Source: Raillietiella orientalis (Eukaryota). From it: a stretch of 64,000 bases of DNA. The position numbers and the translations under genes were made by a program. Where the stretch lies: contig JAYWIR010000032.1 of assembly GCA_036172245.1 (NCBI GenBank), positions 868,001 to 932,000 on the forward strand. The letters are read 5' to 3'. The notes below the pieces were generated by a model, which did not search any database, had not been told where the DNA came from, and saw only the letters and a program-made list of their open reading frames with translations. Below, one piece after another: positions 49,560 through 61,644 of the stretch (its first letter is position 1; each line of letters starts with the position of its first letter).

Positions 49560-51560
49560 GTCTTACGGAACCCGCATACACGGAAAGTGTCATTAATGGG
49601 CGACTTACCTCGGGCTGAATCCGCTGACAAGAAACCGTTTTCCGTATTCGCGGGCGTGACCAGAATAGGGGCGTGGCCGACTGAAATTTCCTGGACGAGC
49701 GTAAGGGTCGCCAGGCACGTGCGGCGGTGGAGTTTGGTGGTCACGCTGGCGTGGCGTCGCAAGGAATCCTTCCATGGAAACCGTCAGCTGACGCGGAAGG
49801 AAGAATGCTGACAAGCAGGAAGACCACATCTTGGAAATGATGATGTCCCAAACGTAACAGCTGAGCTCAAGTCGACGGGCAGTCGGAGACTATTCTGGCG
49901 ACGAAGACGACGCAGCATGACCTTTGCTGATGATTTGCCGACTTTATGAACTTTCACTTATTGAATGCAATACGGGGGGAGGGGGGCTAACGAACAGAGG
50001 ATTACTGATAGCCATGCCATGCTTCGCAGTACTGTGCTTGCCTGTGTGTTACGATGGTTACCACATTGTCTCGTTCTTTCTATCGCCCTGTGTCCTGGGG
50101 AAACGCTGGGAAACGTCCTATGCTTTGACAATTTTTCGTAAGGATCGTTGCAAACCAGCATTCTCGTTGTGAATGACGCACGCGAACGTTCTAGGGAGTG
50201 CCATGCTTACGGATGACCACAGAGGAGAGCCCACGGCTTTCAAAAATCGTTACCATGGTCCCGCCAATTTGCCGGGTTAATGATGGTGTGGTGGATTTCC
50301 AGATCGGGTTTCCTGAGGTCGTGAACAGATGGTCTTCCCTGCGTTGCTTGCAGTGAGGAAATCCACCCAGAGTTCCAGCCTGTCATGAATCTCAACTTTT
50401 CGTCATTTGCAATAACGAAGAAAACAGCGACCCTGCGTTCCTGCTGCGTTAGGAAACCGGAAAAAAAACGAACTCTGTAGACGGGAGGGAAGGAGGGGAG
50501 GGGAGCAGCTTTCGATGTTTGGGATTCATGCGGATCAGGGGAAACTTCAGGGAGCTTCCAGCCAACTTATTCGGCATTCGCCAAGAGGGACCTTTCGATG
50601 AGAAAAGATCGTCTGCTTACGAGAACTGCTTGTTGCTCCAAGAAAGAATTTCTGCCTGCGAGAAATTTTTTTTCCTCAAGTCTTCGAGCTCTGGAAAGAT
50701 TGCAAGGAAGTCCTCGTGGGCCCCTTTTATACCCCGTGCGTTAACTCGAACACCCTTCCATACCTGTGCTTGGACCACGGCCCAGCTCACGGACGCTGCG
50801 ACCCAAGTGCCCAACTGAAAGGACTGTTGCGCTGGGGTCAGCTGCTGGGAATCCTACAGGAAGACCTCGAGTGGCCTCCAGCGCTGAAGAACAACCAGGC
50901 CCTGTCCCTGAAGTAGCAGGAGTCGACACTTCTGCTGTTGCACTGGGGTATCCCGTGCGACACCCGCCGCTCTCACTGGACCCGGGGGGCTGTGGACCTC
51001 AACTGTTGCAGGTGCGGAGAATGGGAATCCCTCCCGCACCTGCTTGTGGACTGTGTTGCCCTCCGGCCCCTGTGGTTGCACTAAGCAACGGTCCTTGATG
51101 CCCCAACGGACAATCTCAGAAACGTAATGAAGCGACTCTTCCTGCTCGGTGTTCTTTCTCCTGCCGCTTCCCTAGCAGCTCTTTGCTGCCTACGTGGATT
51201 GTGGCGGCCTGGAGCTACGCGAGAGGAGGACGGCGCGCCATCTGCTTTGCCCTGTGCTTCATGAGGACGGCAGCAAGATGGCCCTGCCTGGGACATACTC
51301 AGAAGGAACTTGCCGGCATCCTGGAAAGGAAGCAGAGGACGCCCTCCAGCTTCCTTAATTCCTCCCAACTATTTTTGTATGTATTTTTTTTTTTGTTTCA
51401 TTTTTAATTTTGTTTTCCCCCTTTCCCTCCGCTGCTTAGGCGAACCTCTCCGGCTTGCGCGCCGGCTACTCGGCAGGCTCCGAACACTTTCTGCCGATGG
51501 TCCCACACGTGTATCTTTATTTTATAATTAATGCCTCGGTGCTACCGGGTGATAATCCAT
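49560..51560 (+). mobile_element. L1/Tx1-like LINE, longer decayed ORF2 to 3' end
   Basis: GFPEVVNRW (RT 3-4 like), GLLRWGQLLGILQEDLEWPPAL, CCRCGEWESLPHLLVDCVALRPLW, RTAARWPCL...ELAGILERK, and terminal hairpin CTCGGT-GCT-ACCGGG. Confidence 0.75.
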
Positions 51561-52129
51561 AACTGTAATCCAAATATTCGCAGTGGTAGCTCTCGATTAC
51601 TCCTTGAAAAATGTCTTGATGCAAGCAGCTGCAGATCCCAATTCTTGATCTTCCCCCGAAACATGCTTCTAGGGAGGAGGAGGGAGTCTTCGTTAAGACA
51701 CTGAGGGTGTTAAGATACGCAGAAATGCCTGCCAACCTCTCGCAGCTTCAAGCGCTCATGGCTCGCTTTCTTCATATCGGATGCCACAATACCCGTCACT
51801 TCCTACTTTGAAATTTCAGAGTGGCGACGGTTTTGGTCCTGGACTCTGAAGCTGCGCTGCTAGCACGATAGGCTCGCGGCAGCAGAAGATGGAAGCAAAT
51901 CCGCGAAAGTGGCTTCTCGTGGATTCACCTGCGAGTCGCATAGTTTATCGACGTGGGACCAAGTTGAACCAGTTGACCTATTGACTCTCTGTTCAGGAAG
52001 GTAGGCATCTCACCTATTTTTGCCAAGATTCCTTAAAATTTATCAAAATGATAGGGAATACAGAAAAGCTGAAAGACTTTCTCGCCGGAAAAAAGAGTAA
52101 GGATGCCTGAGGGACAAATGGTCCGACTG

Positions 52130-53100
52130 TGTCTCTCAGGAATGTTGCTGAGGACGAGCGTAAGGGTCACCAAGTACATACGGTGGTAGGACCGAACGCT
52201 TGCTGCGACGTCGGCATCCTTCCATCGAAATACCCACCGACGCAGAAAGTAGAATGCAGGTTTTCCAAGAGACCACATCTTAGGAGATGCTACAGGGCTC
52301 AAATCAACAAACGATTAGAAATTTCCTAAAATTCTATACTTTATTTATAAAATGTCCCAGTGAAAGAGAACACTGGATGAGGGAAAGAAATAGAAAGTCA
52401 CCGGATCATGTTCCAAGAAAAGCATCTGATCTCGGAAGAAACACCTGGAAGTGGAGCAGTGAAGCTATCATTTTTGGAGGACAGAATCTGCAACGTTCTG
52501 CCTTTCGTACTGAGCATACAGCATGCTTCTTCTGTGCTCCGAAGCGATGTTCCATGGAAGCAGCTTAAATTTATCAGCTTCACGACTTCCGGATTCAAAA
52601 TTTCGTCCTTCGTGACGTGGCAAGCTCCGTCGACTCCCAGGGGAACTAATACGATGGCGAGGAGGGGGGGGGGGGACTGCTGTGCTTGAGAGTTTTGATC
52701 CTGCTTGGAAGTGCTCCTTTGCTCGCAAGCACTGCCCAGCAAATCTTCCCATTCAGAGCGTTAAGACCGCCTTGGTACACGGCACGAATCGAAGCTCTTT
52801 GGTCGGAGCGCTTCAGAGAGAAGAGAGTGATGGTTGCCTGGATACACAGTAGTCTCTCTCCTCAATTCCCACAAACGAAAGATTCTTGTCGGCGATCGCA
52901 GCGGTTTCGGCCGCGCAATCATATCGAAGCCTGGGTGTTTTTGCTCGGTCCTTTTGTATTCTTCCCAACGGAATGTCAATCCCTTCACAGAACGACCGCA
53001 TCCTGAGGCTGTTGACCGCTCTGTCTGATCCCCGGATATCGAGCTGTTTTTCTGTCAGAAGGAGAGATGAAAGAAGGCTCGTCAAGGAATAATGTCTCCG
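52130..53100 (+). mobile_element. Decayed LINE RT fragment
   Basis: 52155-52285 is homologous to 49695-49835 (GAGCGTAAGGGTC.CCA...ATCCTTCCAT.GAAA...AGACCACATCTT); also RKSPD and PWYTARIEALWS...RVMV. Confidence 0.5.
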
Positions 53101-53979
53101 CACTCCCCGTCCCATTAAGAGGTTGGTGGTTTCAATACGAGATGGGGTCAAAGAGAACAAGAATCCGTTTATAGGGGACTGATTCCGGTTATGAAAGGAA
53201 GGACGTCTTCATCTTGTGCAGGGACATGCATCCGGCACTCAGTTGACTTTCGACCCATAAAGTCGAGGTTTCATAAAGCCACTGGGGCCACGGTTATGAT
53301 CGGTAGTTGGATTGGGTGGTAAATAGGGCGAAAAATCGGACACTGCATTGAAGAGACACTGGACGATGGGTTTGGGTCTCTGCGAGAATCGAGACACGAT
53401 TCATGAGGAGAGTAGAGCTTTTTTACCATCCAGTAGGGTGAGGATGGGAGAAGGAGAAGTTAACAGAGATGGGAAGCACGACCGGGGGGTCAGTGGCCCT
53501 TCTGAAGGGAGCAGCAACTCGTCCGTCTTTGTTAGGGAACCGCCTTAGGGCGCCGCAAGGAAGTAGGGACGATCGTTCCGGTCGCAGGCAGCTCTAGACG
53601 AGGGAGGGTGGAAGGTTTCCCTCTGATGCGGGCGTCAGCAGGGAAGAAGACTAGTGTGGGGAGTAGCTTGTTTTGGCTCCGCCTTCTTCCAGAGGACTCT
53701 TTGCACCTTGCCGGGCTGCAAACTCCCGGGAAGCGTTGCCATGCAGACGGGCGAGCGAGCCTGGAAAAAGCCCCACCCCGGTTTCGAATCACCTCGAGAT
53801 GCCCTCTGTCCCAGTCCGTGTGGGACAGAAACGTCCCCCCCTTCTCCCGCTGCTGTATGAAAAAAATGCGAGGATTCGTCGCGGGGGGGCGAGTCGGACC
53901 CGGAGTCAATGGAAAAATCCAACTTGTGGGAGGGGCACCTCACGAAAGGGAACAAAGATCTCGCAAGAGAGAATTGACC

Positions 53980-54950
53980 TTGCCCACTCATGCACGGCTG
54001 CCCACGTTGGCGGCCATGTGGCTGAGGTTTCCACGAGCGGCACCAAGCGTTGCGGGTTCGAATCCCCGCTCAAAGAAATGGAGTGCGCCGCGAGTTTCCG
54101 GGTCGCGGGTCGCCGGAGTTGTCAGAACCGAGTGAGAGGCCTCTAGAACGCGTGTCTCTCCGGGAAGATGCCAGGGAGCCTTTTAGAGCTCTTCCTGCTG
54201 TCCCATGCAAGCATCGCCATTTATGACTGGGGGAAGCGAAAAAGGCAGCAACCTTTCTTTATCTCTTGAGTGTCTTTCTAAACCCAGATGGATGCTCGTG
54301 ACCTCTCCGAGGACTGCCTAACCTCTCTGGATAGTCCTTCGATCTCCGGGGGACGCACCGAAGGGATCGGAAGGAGGCCTCCTATTCGTGATTTCGTGGC
54401 ATGCGTTCCCGAAGACGGCTGCTAGACACAGTACCTGAAACCTGTAGCCCTCCTTCCCCCCCGCAGGATGACGTCGGTTGGCCTATTCGAGTACGGCACT
54501 GGCTAGAAGCCGGATCCTCTGTTGACTGGACGGGATTCAAAGTTCGACCCTACGGGGTCACCTCCTATCTTGAAAAGTTAACACCCACCCCCGAGTGGCG
54601 TGGACAGTGGCTGACGAGTTTTGTAAGGTTCCCAATGGGGAGGCGAGGCGGTTATTCAGCGCTCTGCGAACCAGGAAGAAGGAACGGACGGCGGCGCTGT
54701 TCAGATCACAGCAACACAACATGCCTCGTGACTGCGTTTATTGCCTCTCGTGCGATACTCCATCTCCTTCCATCTGGACGCGGAGGCATCTGCAGCTGGA
54801 TGAAAATCAAACGACGTGCGGAGACTCCTCCTCCATGTACCAGCCGGAGCTCCAAGGATCGTCTTGGCGGACGAGAGAGCGGGAAACCTGCATCTGCGAA
54901 AACTTTTCCGAGAGCGACTTCGTGGCAAACGAGCCACGGATCGTTGCATC
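53980..54950 (+). mobile_element. LINE 5' module (split by ~390 nt) and ORF1-like remnant
   Basis: GTTGGCGGCCATGTGGCTGAGG...GCGGGTTCGAATCCCC at 54006-54067; the module continues (CGCAGGATGACGTCGGTTGG...GACTGGACGGGATT) at 54460-54560. Confidence 0.6.
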
Positions 54951-54977
54951 CGGGAAGCTGCTCGGTTTAAACCCGGT

Positions 54978-57900
54978 TCATTTATTGAAAGCATCTTCCC
55001 TCGGCGGGCACGATTCCAGGTGGCAAAATCTCACCACGGGAGGTCGTGGAAGATCGAAGCACAGGTCGCCTGCGGATTTTCTGGTTTTGTACCAAACGCA
55101 GGACAACTGCCTCGACTGGACGCCTTCACCGCAGGTGGTCGAGCACTGCAAACACAAACAGCGAACTGATGGCGTCCATCCGATAATGGGCAGTTGCCCG
55201 AATGTTCTTAGGACTGCGGTCTCGGCCCGCTGCGGATGCGAAGAGGACGGCGGCAGCAACGCTCTGGGAGACACGAGCCGCTCTGCAGGAAGCGAGGGCA
55301 ACTCGGCATCACCCCAGAATGGCGACTGTTCGCCAAACCGCGGGGCGGCACGGAGACCCCCAGTGCTCTCCCCACGCTGCGGCAGGCACGACCGAGGTCA
55401 AAGTCCGGTGTCCAACGAAATGGACGAGGAGGAACACGCCAGCGGATCGTAGGAAAAGTCAACGATCCTGGCCCTTGCAGGATTGGGGATCTTTCAGCCG
55501 CAAGAAGGGCATCCCGGAGGAGGAGACGGCGCCTCTCCACCATCCCAATGGCGGAAGAACCGCGGAGGACTATGAGAGTGGACACGGGGTAAGAGACCCC
55601 TCGCTGACAGCCACCGCACGCACCGAGTTAAAAAGGCTTTGGCGACTGCAGCTCTGCGCGTGCAATGTGGAAGCGTCGCTTCCAGACCGAAAGGCTGGTC
55701 CCTCCGCCCTGCAAACGGTATCATCGGATACGTCCCGGACTTGCTGGTAGAAGGCCAAAGATGCTGGGAAAGCGACCTGCACGAGACACCCGGAAGAAAT
55801 GCAAAGAGGCGATGGGGGAAGTCCCGGGTTTCCTACGGACGCACTGCGACGAATCCCGTGGTCGAGTTAACTCTCCTGCCGGTGGTAGAGCCCCTACAGC
55901 GGGTTCCGCTGCAGGGTCAGCGGCGCATCGGGGGAATGGAGGAGGGGAGGAACTTCGAGAACGCATATCAGGAGGAATTTTTTTTTACCTCGGACCAGGT
56001 GGTTGACCTCCACACAGCCTTGCACTTGTCGCTGTGGCACTCCTGCTTGACCAGCGGCTTCGGGAGGGTGCAGAGCGCGCTGCTGCTAGGCGCCGTCCCA
56101 TTGTCGTACTGACATCTCACGGTCCTCTTCTGCAGGGCTTTGGAAAAATCGGCTTCCCGTTAGATCGGAGCGTCGGGAGGAGGAGGGTTTCCCAGGCGAC
56201 GGAAGAGAGATGAGCCCCCGCGAGAAGAGGATCGTGAATCGACGCTTCGCGGCGTTGCCGCCGGCGGTGTTGACCGGGTGGCTGCCTCCGCGAAGGAGGC
56301 GACCTTCGCAGGGGCTGCGACGGCATCTCCGGACTCCGCGACAGCGATGGGCGGCGCTGGAAGGGAGACGCCTCCTTGCCCTCCCCTCGCGTCTACGGGC
56401 GCCGAACCTCGGGCCGTTCGCCTCGCCGCGCGGAAAGGTGCCGAAGCTCGGAGCGCGTCTCCGAGCGCCGATGCGTCTGCTGGCGGCTTCCCGGCCGCGC
56501 GCGCTCTCCAGTGACCGCGGGCGATCTCTCCGATCCCCAGGAAGTACGCTCGGAGGCACGCGACGGTCCGCCTGAATACCCCTCCGCTTAGGTTTCCTTC
56601 GATGGCGTGGCTTCCTTCGAAGGGAAACTGCCCCGGGTCAGGGAGACCAGGGAATTTCGACCTCGAGGCTCGGGGAGCATCCGGCGCTGCCCCCAGCCGG
56701 GAAGAGAAAGCGCGCGCGAACTGCAGCCTCGGAGACCAGTGCGGGAAAGTGGGGAGGGGGATATCCGGACTCCAGCGGGCCGGGAGGCGGGCTGCGAGGT
56801 TGGGAGGGAGCGAGGACGGCGCCTTCAGACCGACCACTTCGACGCGACTGCGACGCCTCTGAGCTGGTCGGGTGGCGCCAGAGAGAGGGCGCTGGATGGA
56901 GCGCAGCCTCCTCCTCGCTGTGGAAGGACCAACCGGTCTACTAGGAGGAATAGGAGGAGGCGGAGAGAGCATCCCGCCGACAGGCGGTGGTGGAAGAAAT
57001 GACGACGACGATGACGGTTCTCCATGTGGTGGCTCCGGCGATGATGGCGGTGGAGACTCCGGTCGAGCTCGAACGGTGGCGATGACGACAGCCACGATGA
57101 CGAGGTCGATGGCAAACGACCACCGTCATCATCTTCGCGATGAGCGTGTTCATCACAGTGATGGGGATGGTAATGTCGGTGAGGGTGATGACGGCGATGA
57201 GGACGGTGGAAACGGTGGCGGTGGCGATGTGGTAACTGTGACGACGACGACGTTGCTGCTGTTGATGATCACGGTAGCGATGACGGAGATGGTGGCGATG
57301 GGAAAAGACTGAGCAATGATGATGATGGCAGGGTCAGTAATCTTCCGCTCGGTTGATGAGGGTGAAAATGATGATGATGATGATGATGATGACGATTATG
57401 ATGGAGGCGATGGTGGTGGTGGTGCTAATTGAATTCGGCGACGATGATGATGATAGCGATGAAGCTGTTGGTTTTAATGATTGTGGGTGATGTTCTTGTT
57501 GACGCTGATGGCTGCGGTGATGACGATGGTGTTGATGATCACGGTAGCGATGACGGAGATGATGGCGGCGGTAAAACACTGACTAATGACGATGGTGACG
57601 GTGGCAGTAATCTTTCTCTCGATTAATGACGGTGATGATGGTGGTGGTGGAGGTGGTGGTGGTGGTGATGGTGACAGCAATAGTGATATTGTTAATGACA
57701 GTAATGATGATAATAGTGATGAAGACGTTGCTAGTTTTAATGATTGTCGGTGGTGTTCTTGTTGATGAGGACCATGATGGTTGCGGTGATGATGGCGAAT
57801 AGCAGGAGAAGAGAACGGAAAAAGTTGGGACTGGTCGCTGCACCCGACCAGACTTCGTAGCCCAGACAACGTGCAGAAGCGCTATGTGGAAACGAGGGGG

Positions 57901-59822
57901 AGATTGCGCGCAGATACGACGTACCAGACCGGACCAACGATTAGGATGACGCGGAACGGCAGTTGCGCGAGACCGGCGGCGGTCCGGTGCGCTCCCGCCT
58001 GGAGGTTTCTTTGACAACGAGGCTCTCCGTCGGCCGGAAAGCGATCACGAGTTCACGCTGCGAGGCGACGGCAGCCGAGGGAGCGGCGGAGGAAGAAGAA
58101 AGGAGGAGGAGGGTCGAAAAACAGGGGGGAAGGGGATGGGAGAGTCCAAATGGGTACCTGCGTCCCGCCCGATGCACTTGGCCTGGGCACAGTCCTGCCA
58201 CTCCCCGGTCCTCCAGGACGGGCACTCCTCACCACCGCACTCTCGAGAGCTCTCCGGCGGTGGCAGGCCGTGGTCCTCGCACAGCGACTTGTTAACCGGC
58301 TTGCTGACGTTGCCCACGACGACGGCGCACTCCACGCCCCTGATCTGGAACCCATTTCCTCCGCAGACCACGGAGCAGTTGGTCCACTCGGAAGTGATCC
58401 ATCTCATGGCAACGTGCTCCTTCCTGCCTGGAAGAACAGGGGCGGAGCTCGTGGAGCGGACCGCACCAGTTCCCGCGGCGCCTGCGAGGAGGGAGGGAGA
58501 CTTGGAGAAGCGGGTGCGAACCGACAAATTTCGCTGGACCAATTTTCTTTTTTTCTTTTTTCTCATCGCCTTCCCCCCTACTGTCCGTCCCGATGTTTCG
58601 TTTCCAAGGATTACCTCATCCTGGCCCAAGGTCTTGCCCCGCGCGCAGGAACCTGCGGCGACGCCCCCGCAGGCAGAAGACCCACGGAGTGGGAAAAGCG
58701 CGGATGGGGCGGATCCCGAAAGGTCGAAAACGCGCTCCCCTTCCAGACCGGTTGTCACAGGAGACCGCCTCGAGGTGGAAGACGCTGCCTCTGGAGCGAG
58801 GCGGCAAAGAAGCAGAGACGGGACGACGAGTATCCTCAGCGCGCAGAACGAACTCGGAAGGACGCCCAGAAGGGATGTCGAGACGTGGCGGGCGCAGTCG
58901 TTGGATCGGCGCGGACTCCCCTCGGATTACTCAGAAGGCCCACCTGCCTGCCTGCAGGGCAGGTTGGTCTTCTGAAGCGGAAATGGCGCATGACGGAAGG
59001 AGGGGAGAGGTCAACCGCTGGCAGCCTTAGCACACGGCCAGCCTAGTCTTCTCCTCCTGTCGGAGAGGCCGTCGACGCGGCCAGAAGCCTCCTTCCGGCG
59101 TTCCAATTCTCCCCTCCTCTGGGACTCGCACCGTTGTCGCGGAAGGAGGTCACGAATGTCCATCGTCAGGAGGCATGCTTTCTGAGATCCTGCACAGACA
59201 CGCGACCTGGAAGAAACAGGGAGCAGATGAGGAGAAGGGGAAAGGGAGGAAGAGAGGAGGAGAAGTAGGAAGAGTGGAAGAGAGGAGGAGGAGGGGAGGA
59301 GTGAATCCAGAAAACTCGTGCAAGCATCTGCTGCTCCAAAGTTTCGCCATCCTCATGCATCCATCCTTCTGCGTGGCTCGCAAGGGCGTTCCCCGGTTTC
59401 GTCGCGAAGGCGCAGCCTCGCGCCGTGACCGCACGGTTCCTGGGATGCGCCCTCATTTGTGTTCGAAGATGGAAAATCCCTCCGATCCCTCCCCTCCCGG
59501 CGCCAGTTCTGCTGTCGCTCCTTCGCGAGCATCCATTTCGCCTGTCGTCGTAAGCGCGGCGGTCGATTCTCCGGGGTGCGGGGCTCCTGGGTGGGGTGAG
59601 CAGGTGGTGCCTTCGGAATCACGCGGCCGGCAGGCTGGCGGACTCCGCGCGCAGGCGCGACGGTGGGCCGCTGCGCCACTCACCTTTCCCCAAGACCTGG
59701 TAGACCCCTCGACTGGAGCTCCAGAAGTCGGGGTCGTCCAGATTTTCTGGAATAGATTTGGCTGTTTTGTAAGTCACCTCGTGGGCAGTGGGCTGCTGCC
59801 GCTTTTCGGAAAATGCTTCCGC
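54978..59822 (-). CDS. madd-4: ADAMTS-like secreted protein (madd-4/nolo/punctin, ADAMTSL1/3 family), 3' exons encoding three TSP1 repeats; 5' part outside window
   Basis: Phase-compatible exons: 59684-59822 (AEAF...VYQVLGK), 58158-58427 (WITSEWTNCSVVCGGNGFQIRGVEC...CPSWRTGEWQDCAQAKC), 55989-56137 (LQKRTVRCQYDNGT...ECHSDKCKAVWRSTTWSE) and 54978-55145 (CSTTCGEGVQSRQLSCVWYKTRKSAGDLCFDLPRPPVVRFCHLESCP...stop). All internal boundaries are AG/GT. The WxxxxWxxCSxxCG TSP1 signature is clear; orthology is from recalled arthropod madd-4-like C-termini. Confidence 0.82.
56980..57800. repeat. Intronic GAT/GGT/GAC-rich low-complexity array with a ~260-270 bp tandem duplication
   Basis: GTTGATGATCACGGTAGCGATGACGGAGATG at ~57261 and ~57530; GTTTTAATGATTGT.GGTG.TGTTCTTGTTGA at ~57471 and ~57734. 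Confidence 0.85.
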
Positions 59823-60329
59823 CTTACAGATGGAAGAGAGAGAGGGTTGCAGCTGGCTATTTGGAATTTTCGGGCGAAGCATCATTTTCAGGCATGAAAA
59901 CGCGACGGCGCCAGGCGCGCAGAGGGAGGAATGGGAGGAAGGTTGGGAAGTAAGTGGGATGGGGGAACCCTCCGATCGGGCGCGACTGGGTCTGCGTGCA
60001 AGGGAACGCCGCCGCAGGCTGCGGGCGTCCAGGAAAGGCATGCAGCGGGTGGGAGACGAGAAGCTCCACCGTTGGGGGCATCAAAACGCGGGCAGATGCA
60101 CTCGCCGCCTTCGTCTGACGCGAACGCACTCTGGTGGGCATATCTAGCCACCAAGGGCGGTCACTGCGTTCGCTAGCTGGAGAGCACGAGCGACTTTGCG
60201 GGGAGCCTCTGCTCCGAGATGTGTGCCGAAGCACCAAAGACGTGTTTCAGATGCTTCTGCATCGAAGACGCTGGGTGTTGAGGATACTCCCCGGAAACGA
60301 TTAGGATACCGGATGTAGAGATGACCATG

Positions 60330-60540
60330 CGAAGGAGAGCATGAAAATGATGGAGAAGAGGAAAGACAGAGGAAGAAGAAGGGAGGAGGAGGAAAAGAAT
60401 GAAGAGTTCTCATAAACATGATGATGCTGAAAATCGCGAAATGATGATGGTAAAGATGATGAGGATGAAGATGACAAGATGGAGGAAGACGAGGAGGAGA
60501 AACGGATAAAGCAAGAGGAGAGTAAACATGATGGATGAGA
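60330..60540. repeat. GA/GAT-rich low-complexity intronic tract
   Basis: Direct inspection. Confidence 0.65.
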
Positions 60541-61563
60541 ACGCGAACCCTGAGCAACGAGAGAAAGGAAGATACTGCTCTGACTCCAGGGAACTGTGCT
60601 TGCAGAGAAGGAGGAGGAAGGCTGTTCCAGATAACCTGGACGGAATGGCCATGGACCAGCAGACCCAAACAGAGAAAAGCCTCTCAAGAGTATCGGCTTG
60701 CGAGGTCAAAGGATAGCCAGCAACAGCTCTGAGCTGTACGCGAAGGAACCGACGGACTGTGGTAGCAGGAGATGCGCGGAAGAACGAGAGCGGAAGCTGG
60801 GAGTTCTGTTGCTTCACCTCGCCTGCTGGGGTGCCTTTTTCCCAATCTTGTGATCCACCAGTGAGCATTACAAGGTCTTCACTAGTACGCGAAGGGAACG
60901 TCTCCAAAAGGCTATCGATCCGGAGCCCTCAAGAGACACCTTTCAACGGGACCACTTTTGCTACCGTGGGTCAGTTTCCCAATTGCTGGAAATGCGCGGG
61001 ACACGCCAAGAAAGAGTTCCTCCACCAGAAAGACCGAGCCTTTAGCAGCAACTCTTCCTGGCTGTGACATCTCCAAGGGGTAGGAATTATCAGAGAAGAA
61101 GAGAGATCTCGTTTCGTTTCGAAGCACGAACCGGAGACAACGCTTGGGCAAAGTGCCAAAGGCGGGAAAGCTAGTTTTCAAGGCGACCCGCGGAAAATGG
61201 GAGTTTTTTTTTTAAAATTTTACTCTGAGCATCCTCCGGTCGAAAGAAGTCACCTCAGTGCATCTGGACATACGTGGAAAGTCGCGAAAACCCACCAAGG
61301 GTGGGGATGGGGAGGCATGGATCGCACCGGACTTAGCCACGCGGCTGCTGCTGCCCACGCGGCATCAGCTTCCAGACGGCCGAAAGGCAATTTTAGCCAG
61401 GACTGTGGAGATGCACTTGAGGTGCAGGTCCGCGGCGGATCGACTGGAGGAGTCGGAACCGGAACCAGATAGAGCAGCACCCGCTCTATGCGGCCTCGCT
61501 CCGCGCGCCCGCGTTGCTCTCGCGCCACGGGAATTGAGGAACCCGGAGCGCTTTTTCCCTCAC

Positions 61564-61644
61564 CGGCATCCTTGAAAGGAGCTGCTGGAAGGAGGAGACC
61601 TCACGCGAGCGTGGAGACTGGACCGAGCCGTCGTACACAGACAT
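61564..61644 (-). CDS. Candidate additional upstream exon of the ADAMTS-like gene (27 aa)
   Basis: CTTAAT...TCTTTCCAG acceptor and CCG|GTGAG donor, phase 0/0, compatible with the 59822 exon. Encodes MSVYDGSVQSPRSREVSSFQQLLSRMP. Confidence 0.45.

Noticed and set aside
54006..54075. Functional tRNA gene (also at 580-640, 40950-41040, 63450-63560)
   Set aside because: A B box is present but no complete cloverleaf, acceptor stem or clear anticodon arm could be drawn, and it is embedded in a larger repeat.
56160..59046. Long GC-rich ORFs 56160-57095, 58136-58975 and 58150-59046
   Set aside because: They are intronic or antisense to the TSP1 exon, and their length is explained by high GC.
60820..60910. 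Additional ADAMTS-like exon (ETFPSRTSEDL...)
   Set aside because: No phase-compatible acceptor was found and there is no recognisable homology.
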